NCBI GenBank assembly: GCA_046758965.1
Contig: JBHIBG010000007.1
Location: forward strand, 1 to 64,000
Direction of reading: 5' to 3'
Length of the DNA stretch: 64,000 nt
DNA from: Candidatus Methylomirabilia bacterium
GTDB taxonomy: Bacteria > Methylomirabilota > Methylomirabilia > Rokubacteriales > CSP1-6
In this document: one piece after another, positions 28,578 through 38,744 of the stretch
Layout of the letters: each line of letters begins with the position of its first letter
Position numbering within the stretch: position 1 is the first letter of the stretch
Translations under genes and position numbers: made by a program
The notes under the pieces: model-generated
Databases searched by the model: none
What the model was told of the DNA's origin: nothing
Seen by the model: the letters and a program-made list of their open reading frames with translations, nothing else

Positions 28578-29606
28578 GTGAGGGGAGTAAGCCGAGTGGC
28601 GCTCGCTGACAGGACGATGCTCGCAGGCTCTACGGCCGTGCTGCTCCTCGCCGGTGCGCTGCTGGCAGGATCGGGGTGCGCCAGCGGGTCGGGGGTCGCG
28701 TGGGAAACGACCTTCGGGCGGGACCATCCGCTCACGGGGCGAATCTGGGATGTGTCAGCCGCCAGCTTCCTCGATCGCCCGACCCTGGCCAGCCGTCTGG
28801 CTCGCGGTCGGTTCGTGCTGCTCGGGGAGAAGCACGACAACCCCGACCACCACGGGCTGCAGGCCGGGCTGCTCCGCTCCCTGATCACCGTCGGACGCCG
28901 TCCCGCCGTGGGCTTCGAGATGTTCAGCACTGACGATGCGCCCGCGATTGCGAGGCATCTCGCCACGGCTCCGACCGATGCCGCGGGGCTTGCGGAGGCC
29001 GTTCACTGGGACGAGAGAGGCTGGCCGGACTGGGTGCTGTATCAACCGATCGCTGAGGCCGCCCTCGAGGCGGGGTTGCCGATCGTCGCGACCAACCTCA
29101 GCCCGGCCACGGCCCGGACGCTGGGCCGCGAGGGCGTGAGCGCCCTCGACCGGGCGGTGGTGGTCCGGCTCGACCTCGATCGCCCGCTGCCGCCGGACAT
29201 TTACGCGGAGATGGCGGCCGAAATCCGCGAGGCCCATTGCGGCTACGTATCCGGGGCAGCGATCGAAGCGATGGTAACCGTGCAGAGGGCACGAGATGCC
29301 CAGATGGCAGAGAGCCTTGTCGCTTCCGGCTCCCAGGACGGCGCGGTGCTGGTTGCGGGCGCCGGGCACGTCCGAAACGACCGAGGCATCCCGGCCCATC
29401 TTGCTGCCAGAGCGCCGGGTGAGACGGTGATCAGCCTGGCGTTTGTCGAGGTTGGGGACGGCGAGACTGAGCCGCCGGCGTACGCGCGGAGATTCGGCCG
29501 GGACAGGTTGCCCTTCGACTATGTCTGGTTCACGCCCCGTCTCGACGACCTGGACCCCTGCGAGAAATTCAGGAAAGAGCTGGAGCGGCTGAGAAAGCCG
29601 GGGTGA
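28578..29606 (+). CDS. ChaN/PhuW family haem-uptake-like lipoprotein
   Basis: Lipobox-like GSGC, LLGEKHDNPDHH, FEMF, QRARDAQMAE, AGAGHV. Start uncertain. Confidence 0.88.
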   Translation: MRGVSRVALADRTMLAGSTAVLLLAGALLAGSGCASGSGVAWETTFGRDHPLTGRIWDVSAASFLDRPTLASRLARGRFVLLGEKHDNPDHHGLQAGLLRSLITVGRRPAVGFEMFSTDDAPAIARHLATAPTDAAGLAEAVHWDERGWPDWVLYQPIAEAALEAGLPIVATNLSPATARTLGREGVSALDRAVVVRLDLDRPLPPDIYAEMAAEIREAHCGYVSGAAIEAMVTVQRARDAQMAESLVASGSQDGAVLVAGAGHVRNDRGIPAHLAARAPGETVISLAFVEVGDGETEPPAYARRFGRDRLPFDYVWFTPRLDDLDPCEKFRKELERLRKPG

Positions 29607-29658
29607 CGGGGAAGGCCCGCCGGGCGAACAGTCGCAAGAGAACGAGGCCGAGCTGGCC

Positions 29659-30687
29659 TTACGGGAGCAGGACGAGCTTGCCGAACTGCTTTCCTTCAGC
29701 CAGGATTCGCTGGGCCTCGACGCCGTCTTTCAACGGGAAGATCCGGTCGACGATCGGCTGGAGCCGGCCTCGGAAGAGCTGGGTCATCACGGCGAGGAAC
29801 TCTTTCCGGTTGGCCATGGTCGAGCCGATGATCCGGAGCTGCTTCCAGAAGACGACCCGGATATCGGTCTCGCCGATCGGACCGGTGGTCGCGCCGCACG
29901 TGACGAGGCGTCCGTTCTTCGCCAGGACGCGGAGAGAGTGGTTCCACGTGGCCGTCCCCACGGTTTCCACCACCACGTCCACGCCCCGCTTGCCGGTCTT
30001 CTCCCAAACCACCTTGGCCCATTCTGTGTTGCCGTAGTTGATGCACTCATCGGCGCCCAGGGCCTTGGCCCGCTCGAGCTTCTCGTCGCTCGACGAGGTG
30101 ACCCAGACGCGGGCGCCGCAGAGCTTGCCGATCTGCACCGCCGCCGAGGACACCCCGCCCCCGACCCCGAGAATGAGCAGGTCCTCACCGGGGCGCAGCG
30201 CGGCCTGGGTGACGAGCATGCGCCAGGCAGTCATGTTCACCAGGATGAAGGCCGCGGCGGCCTCGAAGCTGACCGCGTCGGGGAGCTTGAGCACGTTTCT
30301 CCCGTCCACGTTGACGTACTCGGCAAGCCCTCCGCAGGCATGCTCTCCCAGAATCCCGTAGGTGACGCAGAGGCTGTCCTCCCCCTGGTTGCAGTACTCG
30401 CACCGACCACAGCTGAGGTTCGGATTGATCGCCACACGGTCACCGACGTTGACCCCCTGAACCTCGGCGCCGACCTTCACCGCCTCACCGGCGATGTCGG
30501 AGCCAGTCCAGAAGGGAAGGGGGGTCTGGAGCGCAGGCAAGCCGTTACGGACCCAGAGGTCCAGATGGTTGAGCGCGCAGGCGCGGACTCTGATGAGGAC
30601 CTCCCCCGGGCCGCTGACGGGGTCAGCGGTATCGTCGTAGCGGAGCACTTCAGGGCCGCCAAACTGCCGGAAGAGCAGCGCTTTCAC
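29659..30687 (-). CDS. MDR zinc-binding dehydrogenase / quinone-enoyl reductase family
   Basis: ALNHLDLW, CGRCEYC..C structural Zn site, GVGGGVSSA, GRLVTCGATTG, FGKLVL. Confidence 0.9.
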   Translation of the reverse strand: MKALLFRQFGGPEVLRYDDTADPVSGPGEVLIRVRACALNHLDLWVRNGLPALQTPLPFWTGSDIAGEAVKVGAEVQGVNVGDRVAINPNLSCGRCEYCNQGEDSLCVTYGILGEHACGGLAEYVNVDGRNVLKLPDAVSFEAAAAFILVNMTAWRMLVTQAALRPGEDLLILGVGGGVSSAAVQIGKLCGARVWVTSSSDEKLERAKALGADECINYGNTEWAKVVWEKTGKRGVDVVVETVGTATWNHSLRVLAKNGRLVTCGATTGPIGETDIRVVFWKQLRIIGSTMANRKEFLAVMTQLFRGRLQPIVDRIFPLKDGVEAQRILAEGKQFGKLVLLP

Positions 30688-30722
30688 CGATCCGCCTCTC
30701 GCCCGGGAGTGTCGGCCCTCGC

Positions 30723-31760
30723 TTATGGCACCAGCACCAGCTTGCCGAACTGGGCCCGGTTCTCCATGACCCGCTGAGCCTCGGCCGCGTCCTTCAGGGG
30801 GAGGACACGGTCCACCACGGGCCGGATTCTCCCCGCCTCCACGAGCCTCAGCGCTTCCAGGAGTTCGGCCTTCGAGCCTTGGTGGGAGCCCAACAGCGAA
30901 AGTTGTTTGTTGAACAGCAGACGCAGGTCAGTCTTGGCCTCGAAGCCCGTGGTGTTGCCGCAGATGACGAGCCGTCCGCCCCACGCCATGGCGGCAATCG
31001 AGCGCTCCCAAGTGGCCTGGCCGACGTGCTCGAACACCAGCTCCACCCCTTTCCGGTTCGTGATCTTGCGGACCTCAGACACCACGTCTTGGCTCGAGTG
31101 GTTGAGGACATGGTTGGCGCCCAGGGCCTTGGCTTTCTCCAGCTTGGCGTCACTCCCGGCCACTCCGATCACGCGGGCCCCCATGAGCTTGGCGATCTGG
31201 ATCGCGATGCTTCCGATCCCGCTCCCCGCGCCCCAGATCAGAACGTCCTCGCCCGGGAGGAGGCGGGCGCGGGTCACCAGCATGTGCCAGGTGGTGAGGA
31301 GCACCAGCGGGAGGGAGGCGGCTTCCTCCCACGAGAGATTCGCCGGCTTGGGAATCGCATTGGCCTCGGGGATCCTGGCGTATTCGGCGTGGCCGCCGTC
31401 GAGCGGCCCGGTCTGAAACCCCCAGATCTTGAACTGGCGGCAGAAATACTCCTGCCCTCGCGTACAGGCCTCGCAGATGCGGCATGAGAGAGCGGGGTGG
31501 ACGACGACCTCCTGTCCGGCCTTGACGGAGGTCACCGCGCTGCCGACCTGGGTGACGACGCCGGCGGCATCGCTCCCCGAGATATGCGGGAGATCGAATT
31601 TCATGCCCGGCAGGCCCTGACGGGCCCACAGGTCGTTGTAGTTGCACCCGGAGGCCTTCACCTGGATCACAACGTCGTGGGGCCCCGGCCCCGGCTCCGG
31701 GACATCTTCGTATTTGAGAACCTCCGGCCCACCGTGCTGGTGAAAGACGCTAGCTTTCAT
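30723..31760 (-). CDS. MDR zinc-binding dehydrogenase / quinone-enoyl reductase family (tandem paralog)
   Basis: CNYNDLW, CRICEAC..C, GAGSGIGS, GRLVICGNTTG, FGKLVL. Confidence 0.9.
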   Translation of the reverse strand: MKASVFHQHGGPEVLKYEDVPEPGPGPHDVVIQVKASGCNYNDLWARQGLPGMKFDLPHISGSDAAGVVTQVGSAVTSVKAGQEVVVHPALSCRICEACTRGQEYFCRQFKIWGFQTGPLDGGHAEYARIPEANAIPKPANLSWEEAASLPLVLLTTWHMLVTRARLLPGEDVLIWGAGSGIGSIAIQIAKLMGARVIGVAGSDAKLEKAKALGANHVLNHSSQDVVSEVRKITNRKGVELVFEHVGQATWERSIAAMAWGGRLVICGNTTGFEAKTDLRLLFNKQLSLLGSHQGSKAELLEALRLVEAGRIRPVVDRVLPLKDAAEAQRVMENRAQFGKLVLVP

Positions 31761-31805
31761 CGTGCTCTCCTCTCGTCAAGTTCCTCTGGGCTCCTGGGCC
31801 CCGGG

Positions 31806-32825
31806 TCAGGACGCAGCGAACGCCTTCACCAGCGCTGGCCAGCGGGGGTCATTCAAGTCCGGCTGGGTCATCTGGTAGAAGGAGACGCGATCGAGCAGCC
31901 CGGCATAGCGTTCCTGGATGCGCTGGGCGATGGTCTCGTACGTTCCTGTCACGGCATAGGTGTCTACCATCTCATCGGTGATCAAGCCAGCCATCCCCTG
32001 CCAGTCCCCTTCCACGGACTTCCGGTGGAGCTTCGGGGTCAGATCCTGCCAGCCGTGGGCCGCCAGCACCGGCTCGTAGGTCCGCGTGGAGGCGTAGAAG
32101 GAGATCTGCTGCTTGACCACCTGCCTCGCCTCGGCGACCTCTTTCTCGGTCTCTCCGACAATGACGAAGGCCGAGGTGGCGTAGGTAAAGTCACTCCGCG
32201 TTCGGCCCGACTTGGCGAGCCCCTCTTCAACCGCGGGGTGGACGAACTCGCGCAGATACTTCGGGCTGTTGAAGGGGTGGACGTGAAGGCCGTCGCAGAC
32301 CTCCCCGGCAAGCTGGCACATGTACCGGTTGACCGCCGCGATGTAGATCGGGATCTCAGGGTGCTCGATCGGCCCGGGGTTGAAGAACGGGGTCATCAGA
32401 TCAAAGGTGTAGAACTTCCCTTTGAAACTGAGCTTGGTGCCATTCTGCCAGCAGTCCCAGATCGCCCGAAGCGCCAGGATGACCTCGCGGAGCCGGGGTC
32501 CGGGCGCTTCCCACTTCACCGAGAAGCGCCGCTCGTTGTGTCCCTTCACCTGAGTGCCGAGCCCCAAAATGAAGCGTCCCCCCGAGGCGTCCTGGAGGTC
32601 CCAGGCGCTGTGAGCCAGGATCATGGGACTCCGCGGGAAGGCCACGGCGATCGAGGTGCCGAGCGTGAGCCTGGAAGTGGTGGAGGCAGCCACGGCCAGG
32701 GGGAGGAACGGGTCGTGCTGAGTCTCGGAGGACCAGAGGCAATCGAAGCCCATCGCCTCCACCGTGCGGGCGCAGTCGCCGATCCTCGTGAGGTCGTGAG
32801 TCAAGAGCCCGATATCCAGTTTCAC
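31806..32825 (-). CDS. LLM-class oxidoreductase, probable F420-dependent (TIGR03617-like)
   Basis: ETQHDPFLPL, IAVAFPRSPM, LGLGTQVKGHNERRF, LMTPFFNPG, FYASTRTY. Confidence 0.88.
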   Translation of the reverse strand: MKLDIGLLTHDLTRIGDCARTVEAMGFDCLWSSETQHDPFLPLAVAASTTSRLTLGTSIAVAFPRSPMILAHSAWDLQDASGGRFILGLGTQVKGHNERRFSVKWEAPGPRLREVILALRAIWDCWQNGTKLSFKGKFYTFDLMTPFFNPGPIEHPEIPIYIAAVNRYMCQLAGEVCDGLHVHPFNSPKYLREFVHPAVEEGLAKSGRTRSDFTYATSAFVIVGETEKEVAEARQVVKQQISFYASTRTYEPVLAAHGWQDLTPKLHRKSVEGDWQGMAGLITDEMVDTYAVTGTYETIAQRIQERYAGLLDRVSFYQMTQPDLNDPRWPALVKAFAAS

Positions 32826-34495
32826 GGTTCACTCCTTCTTTCGGTTAGCGCCAACTCCTCGAGCGCCTGCTCGCGGAGCTTAGGCTTCTGGACCTTGTCG
32901 CCGTGGGGGCCCGGGGTACGGGGAACATCCTTCACGAAGCGGATGTAGCGGGGGATCTTGAAGGATGCGATCTTCCCCTTACAGTGCGCCATGATGTCGT
33001 CTTCGGAAAGGATCTCTCCCTCTCTGGGGATGACATACGCAAAAGCCGCCTCGCCGAGCTTGATGTCGGGGACCCCCACGACGAAGGCCTGGTGGACCCT
33101 CGGGTGGGCCATGAGAAACTCCTCGATCTCCCGCGGCGCCACCATAAAGTGGCTGATCCTGAGCACCTCTCTCAACCGGCCCTTGAAGATTGTGCGTCCG
33201 GCGTCGTCCTGGAGCGCCAGATCTCCGGTCTTGAACCAGCCGTCGCGGGTGAACGCCTTGGCCGTCTCCTCGGGGTTCTCGTAGTAGCCCTTGGTGACGA
33301 CGGGGCCGCGCAGCCAGAGCTCGCCTTCCTCCCCGGGATTGCACGGAGCGGCGGTCTCCGGGTTCACGACCCTCACCTCGAGCCCTGGAGCCGGCCAGAT
33401 GCCCGGCAGCTTCCGGCTCTCCTGGGGTTCATCGAGGTCGTGGAAGAGGGCGAGGGCGTTGACCTCCGTCATCCCGTACGGCTGGAACGCCTGTCGGATC
33501 CCGATCCGTTCCACCGCCAGGTCGAAGAGAGCCTGGGCCCCTCCCGCGGTCATGGCCACTCCGCCGGTTCGGAGGGTGGAGCGCTCGGAGCGGTCGAGGT
33601 CTGGATGCTCCAGGACACCCTGGAGAATGGCATCCACCGCGTTCCAGATCGTGATCCGTTCCTTCTCGATGAGAGAGAGTGCCTGTCCGGGGTCGAACTG
33701 CTCCATCAGAACCAGAGCGGCGCCGTGCGTGAAGGTAGTCAGGGGGATACAGAGTCCGCCCCACGTGCCGGAGAGAGGGAGGGTGTGGAGCACCCGGTCC
33801 TCCGCCGTGACCCGCAGTTGCTCGCCGCAGTTCCAGCCGTGGGGGAGGCAGTTTCGGTGCGTGATCATAGCCCCTTTGGGAAACGATGTGGTGCCAGAGG
33901 TATAGAGGATCATGAGCGTGTCGTCTGGGCCCACCGCCTCCCGGGCCGCCGCGAGCCGGGCGTCCAGGGCCGGGTCCTCACCCGCCTCGAAGATATCCCG
34001 AAGCCGGAGGGTACCGGGATACGGATCCTCGGCATCCACGATCACCCGCCTGAGCAGCGGAAACTTCTCCGCTTGAAGGTTGCCGGGCTCAGCCTCTCTG
34101 AGATCGGGCAGCACCTTATGAAGCACGTCGAAAAAGTCCACGGAAGCCAGGTGGTCGGTGAGGACGAGCGTTGTGGAATCCGACTGGCCGAGGATGTAAG
34201 AGAGCTCGTGCGCCTTGTAGCGAGGGTTCAGCGCCACGACGGTGGCGCCGATCTTGGCGCAGGCGTACTGGCAGAAGAGCCAGGTCGGCCGGTTGGGGAG
34301 CCAGAGGGCTACCTTTTCGTCTTTCCGGATCCCGAGAGCGAGGAGGCCCGAGGCGATCCGCTCCGCCTGATGACCGAACTCCAGATAGGAGATCCGCTCA
34401 TCCCCGAGGACGATGGCCTCGCGCTCGTGATGAGCCGTCACCACCTCATCGAGCATCTCCCCGACGGTCTTATCCCAGAACGGGTTCTCTCGCAC
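32822..34495 (-). CDS. Acyl-CoA synthetase / AMP-binding protein
   Basis: YTSGTTSFPKG, YGMTE, GWFKTGD, GRLRE, FKIPR. GTG 34495 has a GGAG RBS. Confidence 0.93.
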   Translation of the reverse strand: MRENPFWDKTVGEMLDEVVTAHHEREAIVLGDERISYLEFGHQAERIASGLLALGIRKDEKVALWLPNRPTWLFCQYACAKIGATVVALNPRYKAHELSYILGQSDSTTLVLTDHLASVDFFDVLHKVLPDLREAEPGNLQAEKFPLLRRVIVDAEDPYPGTLRLRDIFEAGEDPALDARLAAAREAVGPDDTLMILYTSGTTSFPKGAMITHRNCLPHGWNCGEQLRVTAEDRVLHTLPLSGTWGGLCIPLTTFTHGAALVLMEQFDPGQALSLIEKERITIWNAVDAILQGVLEHPDLDRSERSTLRTGGVAMTAGGAQALFDLAVERIGIRQAFQPYGMTEVNALALFHDLDEPQESRKLPGIWPAPGLEVRVVNPETAAPCNPGEEGELWLRGPVVTKGYYENPEETAKAFTRDGWFKTGDLALQDDAGRTIFKGRLREVLRISHFMVAPREIEEFLMAHPRVHQAFVVGVPDIKLGEAAFAYVIPREGEILSEDDIMAHCKGKIASFKIPRYIRFVKDVPRTPGPHGDKVQKPKLREQALEELALTERRSEP

Positions 34496-34641
34496 GGCGC
34501 ACTCCGAGGCCGACCCTACCATATCCCCGCGTGGGCTGTCTATCGGCGGGCGCCAGAGGCAGGTCGCGGTCGTCGTTTCTTACGCCGAAGAGCCGGCATG
34601 CGTTCTTGTCCGCATCGTGCCCGGCGGGCGACCGCAGACGG

Positions 34642-34836
34642 CTACGGGCCAGGCGGCGAGATCTTTCCAGGTGCGGCCGCTGGGTTCCGCCGGTTCAAGT
34701 GGAGCTCCATCGCTTTGACCAGCAGCGCCAGCGCTTCCGGCTCGGTTCGGCCTGTGGCGCGGACGTCCGGGTACGCGACGGCGGTCGCGACGAACTCTCC
34801 ACGCTCGTTCTGCTCGACGATGACTTCAAACTTCAT
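34642..34836 (-). CDS. HicB-like small protein
   Basis: MKFEVIVEQNERGEFVA....P....GRTE.EAL pattern resembles the HicB N-terminal fold. Confidence 0.6.
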   Translation of the reverse strand: MKFEVIVEQNERGEFVATAVAYPDVRATGRTEPEALALLVKAMELHLNRRNPAAAPGKISPPGP

Positions 34837-34870
34837 GCTGTCTTGCAGATCACCGTCCCGCCGGGCCCGG

Positions 34871-37800
34871 TCAGAGCCGCCCCGCCGCGGAAACCCGGGA
34901 CTCCCTCAAGCGCTCCGTCAACTTCTCGGCCCGCCCCTTCACCGCCGCCACGTTGTCGAGCTTGATCTCCTCGTACCCCCGAATCCCATCCGGGAGCCGG
35001 GCGATCTCGGCGACCAGGGGATGGGTGCCGGGGTCGAGGCGGTCCAGGGCGTCCTCGACGAGCGCCGTGTACCACGGAATCAGGCGCCGCTCCTCCCGAC
35101 GCACGCCGGCGTACCCGAAGATATCCCACGGGGTGCCGCGCAAACCCCGCATTCGGCGCAGCATGCGCAGCACGGGCGTGAACCAGGGACCGAACGCCAG
35201 CTTTCGCCTGAGGCCGATCGCTCGCAGCAATGGCGGATGGAAGTTGTAGACGAGGCGACGCGGCTCGACGAAAAGGCTCCGCGTCTCGGCATGAAATCGC
35301 GGTTTCAGGTGGAGGCGCGCGACCTCGTACTCATCCTTGTAGGCCATGAGCTTGTAGAGGTGGCGAATCACCGCGTGGGTCACCTCGAATCGGCCCTCCA
35401 CTACCGCCTGCTCGCGCGCGGCCACCCTGAGGACGAACTCCACGTACGCCTCGGGATACCGGGCGTCCTGGTAGTCGATGAGTTCGGCGATGCGGACCGC
35501 CAGCATCCGCCGAGATTCCTCGTCGAGGTGGGCACCACGGTCCAGCAGGGACACGTAGGCGTGGGCGTCGTTGCCGGAGAGGCGCGCGAGGACCCCGGCT
35601 CGCTCATCCTCGAAGCCGCGTCGGGGCGGCTCCGCCAGCGCCCGCACCCCCGCCGGATCCGCCACGTGAAGACGCCCGTAGCGGAACGCCTGGAGGCTCT
35701 GATCCACCTGCACCCGGTTCAGCCGGATCGCGGCCTCGATGCTCCGGGCAGTGAGTGGCAGGAGACCGGACTGATAGGCCACGCCGAGGATGAACAGGTT
35801 CGTGGTCATGTAGTCGCCGAAGAGGGCCTCGGCGATGCGGCGCCCCTCAACGAAGACGCTCCGCCCCGCGCTGGTGAATCTGGCGATGGCGCCCTTCATG
35901 GCCTCGACTGGTGGGGAGAAGGAGATGTTCCGCACCATCTCGCCGCTGGGGAAGAGCGTGGTGTTGGTGACCGCGGCTGTTCGGTTGGGATCGCAGCGGT
36001 CGAGGTTCGTAGGGTTGGCGGCGGCCATGAGATCAAAGGCGAGGTAGAGATCCGCCGTGCCGGCCCCGACCTTGTTCGCGGCCAGAGGATGGTCGGGAGC
36101 GGCGATAACCAGGCTCGAGAGGACCGGCCCCCACTTCTGGGCCGCCCCGGTCTGGTCGTAGCTCAGGACGCGCTTGCCGTCGATCAGCGCGGCGTAGCAG
36201 AGCAGGGCGTTGATGGTGATCACGCCGGTCCCGCCGACACCCGGAATGTAGATCCGGTACGGCTGGTCCAGCCGGACCTTGCGCGCGGGCTCCGGGATTG
36301 CCTCGCCGTCCAAAATGGGTGGAGCCGGCCGGCGATACCCTGTTCCCTCCTTGGTCTCTACGCTCACGAAGGACGGGCAGTCTCCCGCCAGGCACGAGTA
36401 GTCCTGGTTGCAGGAGGAGGCGTGGACCTGCGTCTTCAGACCGAACTCCGTGTCCACCGTGGGCAGGGACATGCAGTTGGTGAGGGCACCGCAGTGCCCG
36501 CACCCTTCGCAGACCGCCTCGTTGATCACCACGAACCTGTTGGGGACAGGCAGCTTGCCCCGCTTCCGCCGTCGTCGCCGCTCGTTGGCGCACATCCCGT
36601 CATAGATGAACACGGTCACCCCGGCCTCCCGCTCCAGCTCCTTCAGGACCCGGTCCTGCTGTTCCACGGGGTACGCCCGGGCGTTGGATGCGAGGCTCGC
36701 ATTGCGATATGCCTTGGGGTTCTTCGTCACGACGGCGATGCGCCGCACGCCTTCGGTTTCCAGAAGCCGGGTCAGCTCGGGGATCGGCTTCGCCCCGACC
36801 ATATCTTGGGCGCCAGTGTTGGCGACGAAGCCGTTGTAGAGGATCTTGAACGTCATGTTCACCCCGGCCGCCACGCAGAAACGGATGTTCAGGTAGCTCG
36901 AGTGAAAGAGCGACCCGTCGCCCACGTTCTGCACCAGGTGCCGGCGATCGGTGAACGGGGCCAGCCCGATCCACGGAAGACCCTCGCCGCCGAGCTGTGT
37001 CATCGAGACGATGTGGCGCTCCGGCTGCTCGATGATGGAGGCAAAGGAGTGGCAGCCAGGGCTCCCCCAGGCCACCTGCCCGTCCAGCAGGCGGGTGGAG
37101 ATGTTGTGCGGGCAGCCCGAGCAGTAGTTGGGGGTGCGCATCGGCAGGGTGTCGTACCGGCGCTCCCGGATCCCCCGCAGCTCGGCCAGGCGGCCAAGGA
37201 TCCCCGGGTGATCGCCGGCAAGCTTGAGGAGGCGAGGACCCAGGCGCTCAGCCACGAGATCGCTATCCATCCCGCCCTGAATCGGGAAGAGCGGGGCCCC
37301 GCTCTCGTCAGACTTCCCCACGACGCGCGGCGCGTGCGGGAGGCTGCAGAGCGCCTCCTTCACCTGGGCTTCCAAGAAGCCGCGCTTCTCCTCGACGACG
37401 ATGATCTCGTCCAGGCCGCCGGCGAACTCGCGCACGAGGTCGGCATCGACCGGGTAGATCAGGCCGACCTGGAGCAGCCGGATGCCGACGCCCCGCAGGG
37501 TGTGGTCGTCCAGCCGCAGCTCCAGCAGCGCCTGGCGAGTGTCGGCGTAGCTCTTGCCGGCGGTGATGATGCCCAGCCGGTCGCGCGCCGACCGGACGAC
37601 GACCCGATCGAGCTTGTTGGCCCGCGCGTAGGCGAGCACGGCCTGGTGGCGCTCGTAGTAGAGCTGCCGCTCCGTCTCGATGTTCATGCCGGGGAAGAAG
37701 GTGAAGTCCGTCGCCTTCTTGAAGGGCCGCCCCCAGAACGCGAGCTCGGGAATGACCACCGACGGCCGCTCAGGGCCGACCTCCACGGTCTCCCCCCCGT

Positions 37801-38428
37801 CGGCCAGCGCTCCGACCAGCTTCATCGCCACCCAGCAGCCGCTGAAGCGAGACATTGCGATGGCGTGAAGACCCATCTCCAGGAACTCCGCCACGGACGC
37901 CGGGTACACGACGGGGATGCCGGCGCTCAGGAAGGCGTAATCGTCCTGGTAGGGGACGGTGGAGCTCTTGGCCTCGTGATCCTCGCCGCTCAGGATGACG
38001 ACGGCGCCGTGGCGGCTGGTCCCGGCGAAGTTCCCGTGCTTCAAGGCGTCGCCACTCCGGTCAACGCCCGGCCCCTTGCCGTACCAGATGGCGACCACCC
38101 CCTCGTAACGGGAGTGGGGGTAGGTATCCAGCATCTGCGTGCCGCTGATGGCGGTGGCGGCCAGCTCCTCGTTCGCGCCGGGCACGTGCAGGACGTCATG
38201 TCGCTCCAGGAGCGCGCGCGCCTGTTGCAGCGCCAGGTCGTACCCTCCGAGCGGCGACCCCGGATAGCCACTGATGAAGGTGCCGATGGAGAGCCCCGCA
38301 CGGCGGTCCCGGCGGCTCTGCTCGAGAGGCAGGCGCACCAGCGCCTGCAGGCCGCTGAGGTAGACGATTCCTTCTTCTTGAAGGTACCGATCGTCCAATG
38401 TGACATCCTTCGTCGTGCGCCCGGTCAT
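34871..38428 (-). CDS. Indolepyruvate:ferredoxin oxidoreductase family, fused alpha-beta
   Basis: SGYPGSPLGG, NEELAA, WYGKGPGVDRSGD, YCSGCPHN, GDGS TPP motif, CEGCGHC ferredoxin, GVGGTGV, KLMAYKDEYEVARL, IRGYEEIK. Confidence 0.95.
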   Translation of the reverse strand: MTGRTTKDVTLDDRYLQEEGIVYLSGLQALVRLPLEQSRRDRRAGLSIGTFISGYPGSPLGGYDLALQQARALLERHDVLHVPGANEELAATAISGTQMLDTYPHSRYEGVVAIWYGKGPGVDRSGDALKHGNFAGTSRHGAVVILSGEDHEAKSSTVPYQDDYAFLSAGIPVVYPASVAEFLEMGLHAIAMSRFSGCWVAMKLVGALADGGETVEVGPERPSVVIPELAFWGRPFKKATDFTFFPGMNIETERQLYYERHQAVLAYARANKLDRVVVRSARDRLGIITAGKSYADTRQALLELRLDDHTLRGVGIRLLQVGLIYPVDADLVREFAGGLDEIIVVEEKRGFLEAQVKEALCSLPHAPRVVGKSDESGAPLFPIQGGMDSDLVAERLGPRLLKLAGDHPGILGRLAELRGIRERRYDTLPMRTPNYCSGCPHNISTRLLDGQVAWGSPGCHSFASIIEQPERHIVSMTQLGGEGLPWIGLAPFTDRRHLVQNVGDGSLFHSSYLNIRFCVAAGVNMTFKILYNGFVANTGAQDMVGAKPIPELTRLLETEGVRRIAVVTKNPKAYRNASLASNARAYPVEQQDRVLKELEREAGVTVFIYDGMCANERRRRRKRGKLPVPNRFVVINEAVCEGCGHCGALTNCMSLPTVDTEFGLKTQVHASSCNQDYSCLAGDCPSFVSVETKEGTGYRRPAPPILDGEAIPEPARKVRLDQPYRIYIPGVGGTGVITINALLCYAALIDGKRVLSYDQTGAAQKWGPVLSSLVIAAPDHPLAANKVGAGTADLYLAFDLMAAANPTNLDRCDPNRTAAVTNTTLFPSGEMVRNISFSPPVEAMKGAIARFTSAGRSVFVEGRRIAEALFGDYMTTNLFILGVAYQSGLLPLTARSIEAAIRLNRVQVDQSLQAFRYGRLHVADPAGVRALAEPPRRGFEDERAGVLARLSGNDAHAYVSLLDRGAHLDEESRRMLAVRIAELIDYQDARYPEAYVEFVLRVAAREQAVVEGRFEVTHAVIRHLYKLMAYKDEYEVARLHLKPRFHAETRSLFVEPRRLVYNFHPPLLRAIGLRRKLAFGPWFTPVLRMLRRMRGLRGTPWDIFGYAGVRREERRLIPWYTALVEDALDRLDPGTHPLVAEIARLPDGIRGYEEIKLDNVAAVKGRAEKLTERLRESRVSAAGRL

Positions 38429-38744
38429 CGCGCCCTCCGTTCACTCATCCAGGTAGGCCTGGGCCACAGTCGCGACGCGGAGAACTCTCAGGGAGTTCCT
38501 GCTCTGCGCAGATACCATAGCCTCTTCCCTTGGCGTGCGCGGAGCGAGCGGAGCCCGAGTGGTGAAGCCACGTAAGCCCGTGTTTTGATGGCTCATTCTG
38601 AACGATACCGGTCCATCGCGTCCTCGTCCGAGTCACTCCGAGTTTACTGAATTTCGCTCGGCTCCGATCCGAAAAGTGAGCGGCGCTGTGATCGGCCGGT
38701 CGCCTCCGATGGGGGTGATCTGGTGTTCGGCGAGAAGAAGGGAG

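Noticed and set aside
32903..38575. 1890-aa plus-strand ORF
   Set aside because: Antisense shadow of the IOR, HicB-like and CoA-ligase genes; no recognisable motifs. Long stop-free antisense frames are expected at this GC content.
38429..38744. Intergenic region upstream of IOR with small hairpins (e.g. GAACTC-TCAGG-GAGTTC) and a 63-aa ORF
   Set aside because: No recognisable riboswitch, ncRNA or protein motif.
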